Shown here piece by piece: positions 1-11,286 of a stretch of 64,000 nucleotides of DNA. The stretch's first letter is position 1. Each line of letters begins with the position of its first letter. Both the position numbers and the translations under genes were made by a program. A model generated the notes under the pieces. The model saw only the letters and a list, made by a program, of their open reading frames with translations, ran no database searches and was not told the origin of the DNA. The stretch lies in NCBI GenBank assembly GCA_048013815.1, contig CM106586.1, positions 19,282,001-19,346,000 on the forward strand. The letters run 5' to 3'. This DNA comes from Setoptus koraiensis (Eukaryota > Animalia > Arthropoda).

Positions 1-1103
1 ACTTGGCAAGATCATACTAGCCGATGTGCTTCTAGAACATTTGAAAGGTTGATATCTATATATGACATCCTTCGTCCCGTCAATGAATGTTGATTGTTCG
101 CCATGCTGATTATGGGTGGTAACAAACTCTTGACCCCCTTCAGCGTCCACATATTCATGTGTGGTATATCGAATCTGAATATATTAAATTGTATTTTATT
201 TATGTCCATAAGGGTGTATATTAATTTAGCCATTGAGCTGGTTTTACTAAAGAAATTGACGGTGCGATTCGAATGTTAGCCATCGGTGTGGATTGGCTAA
301 CAGACCCACGATGAATAAACTTACATTTGAATTTCTGATCATTTGAACATTTTCTGAAACAATGTGAATGTTTAGTTTGCTGGTACCACTTTGTAGATAT
401 ATTGACGGGAAAGGAGGCTCGGGTACATCTATTTGGTAGTTGGAGATAAGATTGTGAGTTTAATTGTGCTGGATCGATATGGTGTCTAGTTGGAGCGTAA
501 CTTTTGCAAGAGCAGATTTTGTCCAATTTTGTCTAGTCTGATCTGAGCTTTCTATTACCTTCGCCAGACAATTCTGCAGAAACTGTCGAAAAACTGTCCG
601 CTATGTTGAAAATACAAAAAGTAATGTACCAAAAAACCGGTAACATTTTATTATTGCTAGACTACTGTTACCTATTGAATATTATTGTAATTGTTTAAAT
701 ATAATCGATGCATGTTAGTCATTCATCGCAAAACATTAATGGCCGACGAATCGACACTAACGACACTCTTTCGGAATAACTATGCTTCACGTAACAATTG
801 ATGCTTTCAATTATCTAGACACTATCTACGCCTGAGGTAGATAGTGCATCTCTGCGTTGGTAGTAATTGTCATCGATGGAAACCTATGCAGCTTTATCAA
901 AAGGAATATCGCTACTTTCTTTCATCAATGTTAACAAATACCTGACCTATTTCATGTCGAATTCTGATGCATTCAACAGAGAGGACAAGAAACGGGTCCG
1001 AGAAAATCAACTATAGACGATGCACCTATAGAGCTCAATTTTGCAATGCTATACCTCTACATATGTTCCATGTGTTCAATTGTTCTTACAAATGAACGAA
1101 TAT

Positions 1104-4100
1104 TTATTTGAAACTGTCAATCTTTAATTTCCACTCTTTCCATGCTGGTGAGAGTTGCGGCCTTCTTATCTCTAGTCTACTTGTTCCGTCTGATTTAGCA
1201 GGATCCATTTTAAAATTCAATTTTGAACCATTAGAAAATCCTCCTTCTCCATCAGCTACAATGATAGAAGAGATTCGTTTGTCACTAGGCCAGTTGTATA
1301 TAACAATACGCTCTATGACACCATGGTCCAATTGAGCTTTGGTAGATGGTTTGATGTGAAGGAGTTCATCATAGTAAGATATATCCTTGTAGATGGCACT
1401 CTTGGTATCAGGTTCGAGAATCTTTGTTCTATCAACGTAAAGATTTCCATGAGCATAAGATTTGTCGTTGTATTTACCCAAGACAATATCTAAGGTGATG
1501 GGATCTTTGATTGCTAAATCTAGACTGCGTCTCATTCTGTAATGCCTCGGTATAATAGTTCCGGCTCTTTGGAACAGAGGTATCGTTGAGATGTCAACAG
1601 GCATGTGTACAGTTTGGCCACCATGGTACAAGACGAAATTGTTGAGATCAAACCAAGCATTGACATCTTTCTTGCCAGGCAGATACACATTTACAGACTG
1701 AACACCCTTCTCCATGACAGGTTTGACCAGTAAGGCGACTCCAAGACCATGCTGATCATCTAGATCAAATGTCTTCTCATCTTGTGGGTCATGGAACCAG
1801 TGTGGCCGTAGCATGGGCATTCCTGTAAAATGTGATTCAAAAAATAATGTATACCAATAGGGTGCATAAGAGTATCGGAGTCTTATAGCATTCCTTAGGT
1901 GGTTTTGGGTCTCTTCAGAAAACATATAGGCCTCTCTTCTACGTGAATCGTGATGAGCATGAGCGCGGAAAAAAGGTTGAAAGGCACCAGCTTGAAACCA
2001 TCTAATTACAAGTTCATCGGATTCTGGGTTGGAGAAGAATCCCCCGACGTCAGCGCCAACAAAAGGCATACCGGCTACAGACATTGAGAGAAGCATTGGT
2101 ATGGTGGCACGCAAATGCTCCCAGTTGGCCATGTTATCACCGGTCCAGGCTGCACAATATCTCTGCGAACCAGCAAAAAAACTTCTGGTCAGTATAAATG
2201 GACGGTCTAAGTGTCCTCGGTATTTAGCCATACCTTCGTAAGTTGCCTTAGTCATAAGAAAACCATACATATTATGCAAGTCTCTATGCTCCCAACCATC
2301 AACATGCCTCAAATCTCTGGGAGCTGTCACTTCAGGTCCATTGAAAACGGATGGTTCATTCATATCATTCCAAATGTCAACGAGGCAATTCTCATCACCG
2401 GGGAAGTATTTGGGATCAAATTTGGTAGACCACCACTCGGAAACCTGTTTAGAAGCATAATCTGGCCATACACTAGCGCCTGGCCAGCACCAGCCTTCAT
2501 AAGTGTTTTGAGCAGAAGGATCTTTGACCCAGACATTCAAAGAATTTCCCTCCTCGTATACATCATAACCAGGTTCTTTCTTGATATGTGGATCGATGAT
2601 TGCTATTAGGCGTCTTCCGTTATCACTGAGATTTTTGGCAAGTTGAGTGTGGTCGGCGAAGGCCAACGGATCCCAAGTGAAGTATTTTTTTGATCGGCCT
2701 GCCGTGTATTCGATGTCCAACCAGATTGCATCTAGAGGGATGTTAGCGTTGTCGTATCCCTGTTGCACTTGCATAACTTCCTCACCTGTATAGTAGTTCC
2801 ATCTACACTGATGAAAACCGATAGAATAAACTGGTGGCATGGGTATTGTACCAAATGCCTCAGCTTGATAACCCATCACAGTAGAGGGATCAGGTCCTGG
2901 CATAAACCATACATCAATCAGACCAGTTTCACTAAACCAATGTGTGAGCCTGCCTGAGAGATTATTATCACTTGAAACAAAATTAGATATCATATCAACT
3001 ACTCCCGCCTTCTTTGCTTGCGAGCGATTGCTCTCAATATCGATCCAAGTCTCAGATGGATTCAACCAGTAAACACCAAACGAGTCTACTTTAGTTGAAT
3101 GGGATATCATGAATGGTATCGCTCCGTAAAGTGACATGGGAGTGTTGATTTCGTACTCGAATATATCCACATTATATAACCTGTAGGGATCACCTGAATC
3201 CGGCCTTGTATCTCTCAGAGAGAATTGGTCGGCATGCTCAGGAATGCCATAAATGTGATCGCTGTTTGGAAAGTGCAAGTCCATACCAACGGACATAGGC
3301 CCATAAGGACGCAGATCTTGATAGGTAGAAAATGATTCAGCATAAGTCTTAACAGGTGTCTCACTTTGAGTATTTTCTGCTGGACATCCGTCAGGGTTCT
3401 CTATGGGATCACAGGTGGTCTGTCCTGCTGGCTCAACTGAGGGTTGCCCTTCGCCACTTTCAATGGGTCTACCGGCCTCATCGTAAGCTACTGCTTGCTT
3501 GGGCATTCCATAAACAGGTGTTGGTGCCTGCTCTAGATTTTGATGTTCTTCGAATCTCATTAGACCGTGACCGTTAGCCGTAACTACAGTTTTATCCTGC
3601 CAATTTATTACATCAACTTTGAAAGGCGATGCGCTCATGATCATCTTGTATTTACTGCGTTTAATTTCAGTCTCGTCCGTGACTGCAGCGTGGGTTAAAG
3701 TATTGTACGATCCAAATTCAACGACAAGCTTATCGCCCGACACTTTATCGAACGATATCGGTTTGAATTTAATATAGGGATTCAGTGCCTGAAGGGGTTC
3801 GAATCTGTGTCTGGTTGAGTTAAGATCGTTGATTTTCATCCTTAATGCTCCTTTCTCTGTAAGAGTCAAGTCCAAGCGCAATCTCACCTGTTCCTTGCTA
3901 AACAATTCTGCAGTCATTCCACCATCCCCAGTTAGCTTCACTGTTGACATATCTAGTGACCATTGTTGTTCGAATGGTTTTGCGTTACGATTGCGGCCAC
4001 AAAATGATGATTGCTCACATGTTTTGAATTTTGCCCGATCGGCACCCATGACAGAAGTTACTAGCATATATAGAGTAGCCGTGAAGGTTAAAAATGTAAG

Positions 4101-4121
4101 TAGTTTGAGATAGTTCATCAT
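1104..4121 (-). CDS. GANAB: Neutral alpha-glucosidase AB / ER glucosidase II alpha subunit (GH31), single-exon, 1005 aa
   Basis: Uninterrupted ORF with N-terminal signal peptide, FKTCEQSSFCGRNR N-terminus, GH31 catalytic nucleophile motif WNDMNEPSVFNGPE, AWTGDN and GADVGGF motifs, QPFFRAHAH. Confidence 0.96.
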   Translation of the reverse strand: MMNYLKLLTFLTFTATLYMLVTSVMGADRAKFKTCEQSSFCGRNRNAKPFEQQWSLDMSTVKLTGDGGMTAELFSKEQVRLRLDLTLTEKGALRMKINDLNSTRHRFEPLQALNPYIKFKPISFDKVSGDKLVVEFGSYNTLTHAAVTDETEIKRSKYKMIMSASPFKVDVINWQDKTVVTANGHGLMRFEEHQNLEQAPTPVYGMPKQAVAYDEAGRPIESGEGQPSVEPAGQTTCDPIENPDGCPAENTQSETPVKTYAESFSTYQDLRPYGPMSVGMDLHFPNSDHIYGIPEHADQFSLRDTRPDSGDPYRLYNVDIFEYEINTPMSLYGAIPFMISHSTKVDSFGVYWLNPSETWIDIESNRSQAKKAGVVDMISNFVSSDNNLSGRLTHWFSETGLIDVWFMPGPDPSTVMGYQAEAFGTIPMPPVYSIGFHQCRWNYYTGEEVMQVQQGYDNANIPLDAIWLDIEYTAGRSKKYFTWDPLAFADHTQLAKNLSDNGRRLIAIIDPHIKKEPGYDVYEEGNSLNVWVKDPSAQNTYEGWCWPGASVWPDYASKQVSEWWSTKFDPKYFPGDENCLVDIWNDMNEPSVFNGPEVTAPRDLRHVDGWEHRDLHNMYGFLMTKATYEGMAKYRGHLDRPFILTRSFFAGSQRYCAAWTGDNMANWEHLRATIPMLLSMSVAGMPFVGADVGGFFSNPESDELVIRWFQAGAFQPFFRAHAHHDSRRREAYMFSEETQNHLRNAIRLRYSYAPYWYTLFFESHFTGMPMLRPHWFHDPQDEKTFDLDDQHGLGVALLVKPVMEKGVQSVNVYLPGKKDVNAWFDLNNFVLYHGGQTVHMPVDISTIPLFQRAGTIIPRHYRMRRSLDLAIKDPITLDIVLGKYNDKSYAHGNLYVDRTKILEPDTKSAIYKDISYYDELLHIKPSTKAQLDHGVIERIVIYNWPSDKRISSIIVADGEGGFSNGSKLNFKMDPAKSDGTSRLEIRRPQLSPAWKEWKLKIDSFK

Positions 4122-5326
4122 GTTGTGATTTCTTGAAATTTTTGTTTAAAATAATAGAATGTGCTTATCACTGTTACTGATAAATAATCTTGATATTGAA
4201 GTTGATAATAATCCTCGTTTGACTCATTCGTACCAAACATGCTCCAGAGCTAGCCTATCATGTCGTAACAGATAGAGTAACATAAATTGTTAGAAACTGG
4301 CAATAGAGGATGGGTGTCAATCAATAAGTTATAAGTTTAAATATATATGAGTGGTAATACTAATGAGTCCACAATAAAAGAAATGACTATGAATATATAT
4401 GTGTGTGTAGAAACAGATAAGATAATTAGTGTCACATGTGTGTGTGGCAATTATGATGATCTTAGCAATTTAATCAATTATGCTGATGCGAACATGTGTG
4501 TCCGATCATCTTTGACTGTTGTAGCGTTTGTTTTGTCTGACTCACACAAATCCCAGTGCAATGTAACGAGAACTCATCATGAGTCGAGTTCAAACTGAGC
4601 GCTACGAATCACTGCGGCCAATGTTGTTTTTAAACCGTCGAATGAACTGGCGACCCCCTTTAATCTGAGCGCTCTGAAATTGATTGGATGACTCTCGTTC
4701 CACCCCCCCCTTCTCCGTTCTAATCGAAGTGGATGATAGTGTTGTGTTTATTTGCGTCGTTGAATCACCAACTGAAAATTCTTCACAAAATTGACAGACA
4801 TGCATGCGCTGAGTCTCCAAAATGGTATTGTGCGCATTCGTGGATACACAAAAACAGCGAACTTCCACACATGGAATTGTACACACAAACACACACATAC
4901 AAAAGCACCTTGGAAAGCGCAGACACGCAGGCTCTGATCATTGTGAGTAAGGCAGATATAAAATTGTTGTATATTTAGGAATTATAAAATAGAATAGAAT
5001 AAAGTAAGAATACTACACAGATAAACACAGTAAATATGTGCTTTAGCCGTAGTCTTAATGTCTAGGCAAGGTTGCGCAAGGAAAGAAACTGTTATTATTA
5101 TTGGCCACCACTAATCTAATATCTATTATTATTCTTTAAATTTGATTAATTAATAACTATAACAGCAACACCACTCACCACATTAAATATATTTAAATCA
5201 ATTAGAATATAGGTTAGCAACAAACTAATTACAATAACAACAACAATAGTTAAACATCTATTACAACCACTTTGATATCCACTTATAATAATAATAATAA
5301 TAATAATAACAACAACAACATCAAAT
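4122..5326. promoter_or_regulatory. Divergent (head-to-head) intergenic region between GANAB and fzr; possible 5'UTR intron of fzr
   Basis: Start codons face outward about 1.2 kb apart. A GTGAGT donor-like site at 4943 is followed by very AT-rich sequence. No TSS or acceptor could be fixed. Confidence 0.4.
5285..5320 (+). repeat. (AAT)n/(AAC)n trinucleotide tract immediately upstream of the fzr ATG
   Basis: taataataat...aacaacaacaaca read directly. Confidence 0.85.
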
Positions 5327-6790
5327 ATGAATCAAAACTATGAAAAACGTCTGCCACGATCTGTAACCTCACCGAAGAAACCCTATCTTCATGTAACTCC
5401 AGAAAAATATAGTGATAGATACACCCCTATCCGTGAGTCACCCAATTGGCAAATAAAATACAGTCTCATACAATCTCCAAATGCATCCGCCAAAATAGTA
5501 AATACAAACAAGCGATCCAAAGATGATACGCCCGAACTAAGAGACGAGAGCATAGCCTATGAATGCTTGTTAAGAAATGAATTGCTTAATGCTGGTATAG
5601 AAGATATTAAAGAGCAAAGGAGCTCGACCGATAACCTCCGCAAGGCACATCCTGTATTGGGCCAAAAGAAGAACCTATTTAGGTATAAATTACACGATGA
5701 TGACAATAATAACCTGAATGAACTAAACACCTCACCCTATTCGTTGTCGCCTGTTGGCGTCAAAAGTCAAAATCTTTTAAGGTCTCCAAAGAAATCATTT
5801 CGTAAGATAAGCAAAAATCCTTTTAAAGTACTAGATGCGCCAGACTTGCAGGACGACTTTTATTTAAATCTTGTTGACTGGTCCTCGACAAATATATTAA
5901 GCGTTGGCTTAGGGACGTGCGTTTATTTATGGAGTGCATGTACATCACAAGTAACTAGATTATGCGATTTATCCGGCCAAGAGGACAATCGTAGTGATAA
6001 AGTCACCTCAGTTTCATGGTCAGAAAGAGGCAACCTAGTTGCTGTTGGCACTGAAACTGGATCAGTTCAAGTATGGGACGTAATAACTAATAAACAAGTG
6101 ACTGTTCTATCGGGTCATACTAACAGAGTGGGCGCCTTAGCATGGAATGGAGATGTTCTTTCGTCAGGAAGTAGGGATAGATCCATATTACAACGGGATG
6201 TCAGAACGCCATCAGTTATTGCTGAAAGAAAATTAGACGGCCATCGGCAAGAGGTTTGCGGTCTTAAATGGTCCCCAGATAATCAAAACTTGGCCTCTGG
6301 TGGTAATGACAATAGATTATTTGTTTGGAACATGCATAGCACTACCCCTGTACAAAGTTATACTGAACACAATGCTGCCGTTAAGGCCATTGCATGGTCG
6401 CCACATCATCATGGCCTCTTAGCTAGTGGTGGTGGAACTGCAGATCGTAAAATTAGATTCTGGAACACTTTAACCGGCCAACCGATGCAAACGGTCGACA
6501 CTGGATCTCAAGTATGCAACCTAGCGTGGTCGAAACACGCCTCAGAGCTCGTATCGACCCATGGATACTCTCAAAATCAAATACTAGTATGGAAGTATCC
6601 CTCATTAGTTCAAGTAGCTAAATTAACTGGTCACACTTCTCGTGTGCTATATCTAGCAATATCGCCGGACGGAGACTCAATTGTTACTGGAGCAGGCGAC
6701 GAAACACTGAGATTTTGGAACATTTTCCATAAAACTCGATCGCACAAAGAGTCTAAGTCTGCATTAAATCTATTTGCGTCAATACGCTGA
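5327..6790 (+). CDS. fzr: Fizzy-related / Cdh1 APC/C co-activator, single-exon, 487 aa
   Basis: MNQNYEKRL start (like MDQDYERRL), C-box-like DRYTPIR, PFKVLDAPDLQDDFYLNLVDWS, WD40 repeats (GHRQEVCGLKWS, ASGGGTADRKIRFWN), C-terminal IR tail (LFASIR). Confidence 0.97.
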   Translation: MNQNYEKRLPRSVTSPKKPYLHVTPEKYSDRYTPIRESPNWQIKYSLIQSPNASAKIVNTNKRSKDDTPELRDESIAYECLLRNELLNAGIEDIKEQRSSTDNLRKAHPVLGQKKNLFRYKLHDDDNNNLNELNTSPYSLSPVGVKSQNLLRSPKKSFRKISKNPFKVLDAPDLQDDFYLNLVDWSSTNILSVGLGTCVYLWSACTSQVTRLCDLSGQEDNRSDKVTSVSWSERGNLVAVGTETGSVQVWDVITNKQVTVLSGHTNRVGALAWNGDVLSSGSRDRSILQRDVRTPSVIAERKLDGHRQEVCGLKWSPDNQNLASGGNDNRLFVWNMHSTTPVQSYTEHNAAVKAIAWSPHHHGLLASGGGTADRKIRFWNTLTGQPMQTVDTGSQVCNLAWSKHASELVSTHGYSQNQILVWKYPSLVQVAKLTGHTSRVLYLAISPDGDSIVTGAGDETLRFWNIFHKTRSHKESKSALNLFASIR

Positions 6791-7551
6791 ATTGTATAAA
6801 ATAAATAAATTAAAAGATGAGACATACTTCTAGTAACCAAGGCTCACCTATAAGTCACAGCAATGTCTGATGCTCTACTAAACTATTTGATTAATTTGAC
6901 AATATCTATCATGATTGCTTATTGCAATGTATCTATGTTTTAACACCTGATCAGGAGATGGCGCCATGTTTTGATGCATTGGAACGAATGTTGACTTTAT
7001 TGAATAGCAGTTGAGTGCATTGCTAATGTAGAGTCTCGTCATAGACTGCTTGTAAACATGCATGGTGCATTGCAAATAATTGTTTATCAGATTGACGTGC
7101 CAAAGAGAATTTCGTAATATATTCCGTCAAGCTCCATACATGATGAATAGATTATCAATGGCAATTCAAGTGAATTTTACTAAAGGCCTGTGGTATAATT
7201 ATAAGCACTAAACAAACCACTTGATGCCTGTTGCAAGCACAACAACCAATCACTATGGAGATATTATTGCAGAGATACTGAAGATAAGAGAACTAGCCCC
7301 CCGCGAGATCTAAGATGCGTCGTAAATAAAAATGTAAACTACAAGTACAGTATAGTACATTGGAGCTAGCTCATGAGTGCATACATTAATATTATTGTCT
7401 AGTCCATGTTAGCTTAGCCTAGTTTCTTGAATATATAGCCCTGTCAACATTGGAACAAAAGTGAGAAATTCTCGTTTGTATGCCAATTTATTAATAACAA
7501 ACCAACTACCTATTCTACTCGAAGTTCATTACTTAATTTAGGGATCCCACA

Positions 7552-9063
7552 ATGATTGTGTTAGGATACATAATTACAGTTTTGTGCACCCTTATTTGTT
7601 TGGGAGCTTGCGTATTACGCCAGGAATGTGCCAACCGGGAGCCGTTGTATCAGCCAACGTACAAATTGTATGGAACAAAAACCACCTACAATGATGCCAC
7701 AAAATATATGAATTCAAAGAATCCAAGCGATCTACCCGAGACGTTCAGCCACAAGTCCCTAAGACAAATACACAATGAGCTAACTTCCAAGAGTTGTACG
7801 CCTGTTCAGCTGTACTTTGTCGGTCGACACGCGGCCAGGTTTCCCGATTCCGACGACATAAATGTTCTCAACAATTTTCATCAAACTCTCAAGGCGAAGC
7901 TGGAGCAGCTAGCCAAAAATAACACTCAGTGTGAGAATGACGCCAAACTCCGAGAACAATTTGCTTCTTGGAAGTCCTCAATGAAACCCAATCACGACAA
8001 CTTGGTCACGTTGATTGGTGAACAAGAGGAATTGAATATTGCCAAAAGGTTCGAGTCAATTTATCCCAAACTGTTGGATGCTAAATCGGCCAACATCACC
8101 TTGGGCGTCACGGGAAAACTCAGGACAACGCAAACAGCTGTGGCCTTCCTAAAGGCTCTCAGGAATTACAACTATCCAAAGTGTAGCAATTTTCCCACAA
8201 ACGATATAGAAAATCCGAGTTACAACGTTGAGGCCATCGTCAATAACGAATGTTACAAAGCATTGGAAGATAAGCATCGTTTGGACTTTCTTGACTTCCA
8301 TGACCAATGTAAGAAGATACGCCGAAAGAGTTCTACTGTGAGCATGAAGGACCAAGTTGCGGCCAAAATTCCGCTTGTTAAAAAGTTGGATAGGCCGGAA
8401 ACAGTTCAATTTATCACCGACAGTATACGTAAGAAACTCAGCTTGGACACCCTGACCAGCCAGGAGATGGACAACATTTATGATCTATGCAAGTATGAGA
8501 ATTCTATCAAGGGATCGTCGATTTGGTGTACTCTCCTGGACGATAAACAATTGATCTATCTCGACTATATGGAAGATGTAGATGACTACTTTGGTGACGC
8601 ATACGGAATTGATATTTTTGCCAGTCAATCGTGCCCGTTGGTGAAGGACCTCATCATATCACTTGAGAGAACAATGAAGGGCAACGACGAAAAAGGAGAG
8701 GAAAATCTGAACACTAATCTGTATTTCACCCATGCCGGTGCGCTTAAAAAGCTCTACTCGGCCTTCCAATTATTCAAAGATAAAAAGAGTTATGATGAAA
8801 AAACATTCGAACAATCCATCAGCTCAAGATCGCCACCTATTGATAGGCAATGGAGATCCAGTTTAGCAGTGCCATTCTCAGGAAACATAGCGTTTCATTT
8901 GTACAAGTGTCCTGATAAGAAATTCAAGATACTTGGCAGCGTTGCTGAAAGGCCAGTCAAAATGGGCGGATGTAAACATAAAGTTTGTGATATGGATGAG
9001 TTTATGGAGGCTTATAGATCGAGCTTAAAATGTGACCTGGAAAAAGTGTGTTCATTGAAATGA
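7552..9063 (+). CDS. MINPP1: Multiple inositol polyphosphate phosphatase-like histidine acid phosphatase, paralog A, 503 aa, single-exon
   Basis: Signal peptide, GTKTTY segment, RHAARFP at 7825-7845 (RHGxRxP family), LIGEQEELNIAKRF, RTTQTA, YFTHAG, WRSSLAVPFSGNIAFHLYKC C-terminal block. Confidence 0.88.
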   Translation: MIVLGYIITVLCTLICLGACVLRQECANREPLYQPTYKLYGTKTTYNDATKYMNSKNPSDLPETFSHKSLRQIHNELTSKSCTPVQLYFVGRHAARFPDSDDINVLNNFHQTLKAKLEQLAKNNTQCENDAKLREQFASWKSSMKPNHDNLVTLIGEQEELNIAKRFESIYPKLLDAKSANITLGVTGKLRTTQTAVAFLKALRNYNYPKCSNFPTNDIENPSYNVEAIVNNECYKALEDKHRLDFLDFHDQCKKIRRKSSTVSMKDQVAAKIPLVKKLDRPETVQFITDSIRKKLSLDTLTSQEMDNIYDLCKYENSIKGSSIWCTLLDDKQLIYLDYMEDVDDYFGDAYGIDIFASQSCPLVKDLIISLERTMKGNDEKGEENLNTNLYFTHAGALKKLYSAFQLFKDKKSYDEKTFEQSISSRSPPIDRQWRSSLAVPFSGNIAFHLYKCPDKKFKILGSVAERPVKMGGCKHKVCDMDEFMEAYRSSLKCDLEKVCSLK

Positions 9064-9801
9064 TCCCGGTGAACAGCGTCTTGTTGATGGACGCAAGATA
9101 GTATTTCTATCTCATCTATTACATTCAGTATTAGGCAATAGGTGTCTTGTAGCGGTTAGCGACAACAGCCGCTATAGTCTAGAGAGTTTATCTAGATTCA
9201 AGACGAGATTGATTTGATTGAGTTAATAATAAACAGTCCTGACCGCCAAAGGCGAATGTTGCCATCATCTGACCATACATGCATAATCTGAGTTATGCAC
9301 CAACTCAATATTTACTGTCCGGGCTGTCGATTTGATGAAGTATCGTTTAGTTGTACTTAGTATGCATAGAAAATAAATATTTTGCGACCATCATGCAAGT
9401 TGACTGTGTTAGTTATGACAAGAAAAGTTTTGTCTTCATTTCGACGAAAAATAAATGATCAAAAATAGGTTATAAATAGTATTTTCAAGTGCAAAGTCGA
9501 AACTGAAAAATATCTTGATCTGTCTCGGGCTGACTGTCGGAAAGTTGACTTCGTCTAGACTCTAGCAACTGGAGCAAATTCAAAAATAGAATTAGAATGC
9601 ACCTACAGTCTATTTTAGTTTGTTGGTAGTTTGCTGAAAGCTAGTGCTAGAATTCTTGGGAAATTTTTGTCATTCTGCATTATTAACTCGTACAGGCACA
9701 ACAACAAATAAGTCTCGAATAAGGAAATTGTTATTCCTAGAAGACAGAATAAACTTCCAAGCAAAATTCTTCTGTTACCAGTTAGTAAAAAATACTTGAA
9801 A

Positions 9802-11286
9802 ATGTTCGCTCGGATGCTATATGGTTTTTGCTGTTTGGGGCTTTGGCGCGGCGAATGCTACCCATTTGATTGTGAGAGATTTCCAGATCAGCCAACTTAC
9901 AAGTTGTTTGGAACTAAATCGTGCTACAATGAAGCCGCAAAACAGTGGTCATCTTTGAAAACTGCTCAACTGCCTAGACAGTTCAGTGAAAAATCGTTGG
10001 AACAAGTGCATAAAAAACTCAGCTCAGAAAGTTGTCGAGCTGTTCATCTGTACTTTGTCAGCCGACACGCTGGCAGATTTCCAGATGCCAGCGACATTAT
10101 AGGGCTCAATGAATTTGCTCAGACTTTGCAGGACAAAATCAAGCAAAAACCGATTGATGGAGAATTACACCAACTGATTCTCGAGTGGAGACCGTTGATG
10201 AAACCTGAACAGGACAACCTCATCACTCTGTTGGGTGAAATAGAGGAAGGATCGATAGCTAAACGATTCAAGTCAATTTATCCTCGCCTTTTAGACGAAA
10301 AGTTTGCTGATATTAAACTAGGTGTTACTAAAGAACGAAGAACGTCACAAACAGCAGTGGCATTCTTGAAGGCAATCATGAAATTTAAGTACCCGAAATG
10401 TGACAAATTTCATACCAATGACATAAATGACCCTGACTACAACCTGGAAGCCATAATCAACAATAAATGCTACGAGGCTTTGGAGGCTAAATATCAGACG
10501 AAAATGCTGGCGTTTCATGAGGAATGCAAGGCGATACGTAGTCGGAGTTCCGGCATAACCATCAAAGAAGATATTAGGGCTAAAGTTCCTTTTATCAAAA
10601 AGGTAGGAAAGGCTCAATATGTTCAGTTTATAACAGATGATGTTCGCGCAAAACTTGGCGTAGATTCATTATCACACGAAGAGATGGACCACCTTTACAA
10701 CCTTTGCAAGTACGAGGTTGCTATAGAAGGCTCATCAGTATGGTGTTCCTTGTTCACTGATGACCAATTGAAGTATATCGACTATATAGAAGATGTCTCC
10801 GATTACCAGAAAGATTTATATGGGGCGGAAATTTTAGCTGCTCAGACTTGCCCTCTGATGAAGGATCTTATCGGGTCACTAACGCAATCTATGAAAGACA
10901 ATAATAAGATTGGTAAACAGAAGCTCGAGTCCACTCTCTATTTCAGCCACGCGCCTGTTCTTAAGAGATTTTTTGCGGCGTTGAATTTATTCAAGGACGA
11001 AGAGAACTTCACCGAGAATGCTTTCGACGAGTTTATCGCTAGAAAAACTCCCCCTGAAAATAGACAATTTCGATCTAGCCTCTCTATACCGTTCTCTGGA
11101 AATGTTGCATTTATTTTGTACAAGTGTGCCAACAACAATTTCAAAGTGGTGACAAGTGCCAATGAAAAACCAATTAGAATTGGAGGGTGCACAAGTGAGG
11201 TTTGTGATATGAATCAGTTCGTTGAGTTTTATAAAGGATACTTGTCATGCGATATGGAGAAGATATGTTCTGGTCGATCCAATTGA
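9802..11286 (+). CDS. MINPP1: MINPP1-like histidine acid phosphatase, tandem paralog B, 494 aa from the first ATG, single-exon
   Basis: First ATG is at 9802 (the track starts at TTG 9796). Signal-like N-terminus, RHAGRFP at 10063-10083, YFSHAP, FRSSLSIPFSGNVAF. Colinear with paralog A over its full length. Confidence 0.88.
   Translation: MFARMLYGFCCLGLWRGECYPFDCERFPDQPTYKLFGTKSCYNEAAKQWSSLKTAQLPRQFSEKSLEQVHKKLSSESCRAVHLYFVSRHAGRFPDASDIIGLNEFAQTLQDKIKQKPIDGELHQLILEWRPLMKPEQDNLITLLGEIEEGSIAKRFKSIYPRLLDEKFADIKLGVTKERRTSQTAVAFLKAIMKFKYPKCDKFHTNDINDPDYNLEAIINNKCYEALEAKYQTKMLAFHEECKAIRSRSSGITIKEDIRAKVPFIKKVGKAQYVQFITDDVRAKLGVDSLSHEEMDHLYNLCKYEVAIEGSSVWCSLFTDDQLKYIDYIEDVSDYQKDLYGAEILAAQTCPLMKDLIGSLTQSMKDNNKIGKQKLESTLYFSHAPVLKRFFAALNLFKDEENFTENAFDEFIARKTPPENRQFRSSLSIPFSGNVAFILYKCANNNFKVVTSANEKPIRIGGCTSEVCDMNQFVEFYKGYLSCDMEKICSGRSN

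Noticed and set aside
1-1090. Short ORFs 12-233, 94-279 and 221-526
   Set aside because: Short, with no recognisable domain and stops in all frames; possibly 3'UTR or decayed sequence.
6840-7250. Protein-like fragments between fzr and MINPP-A
   Set aside because: Under 70 codons and no motif; likely fzr 3'UTR.
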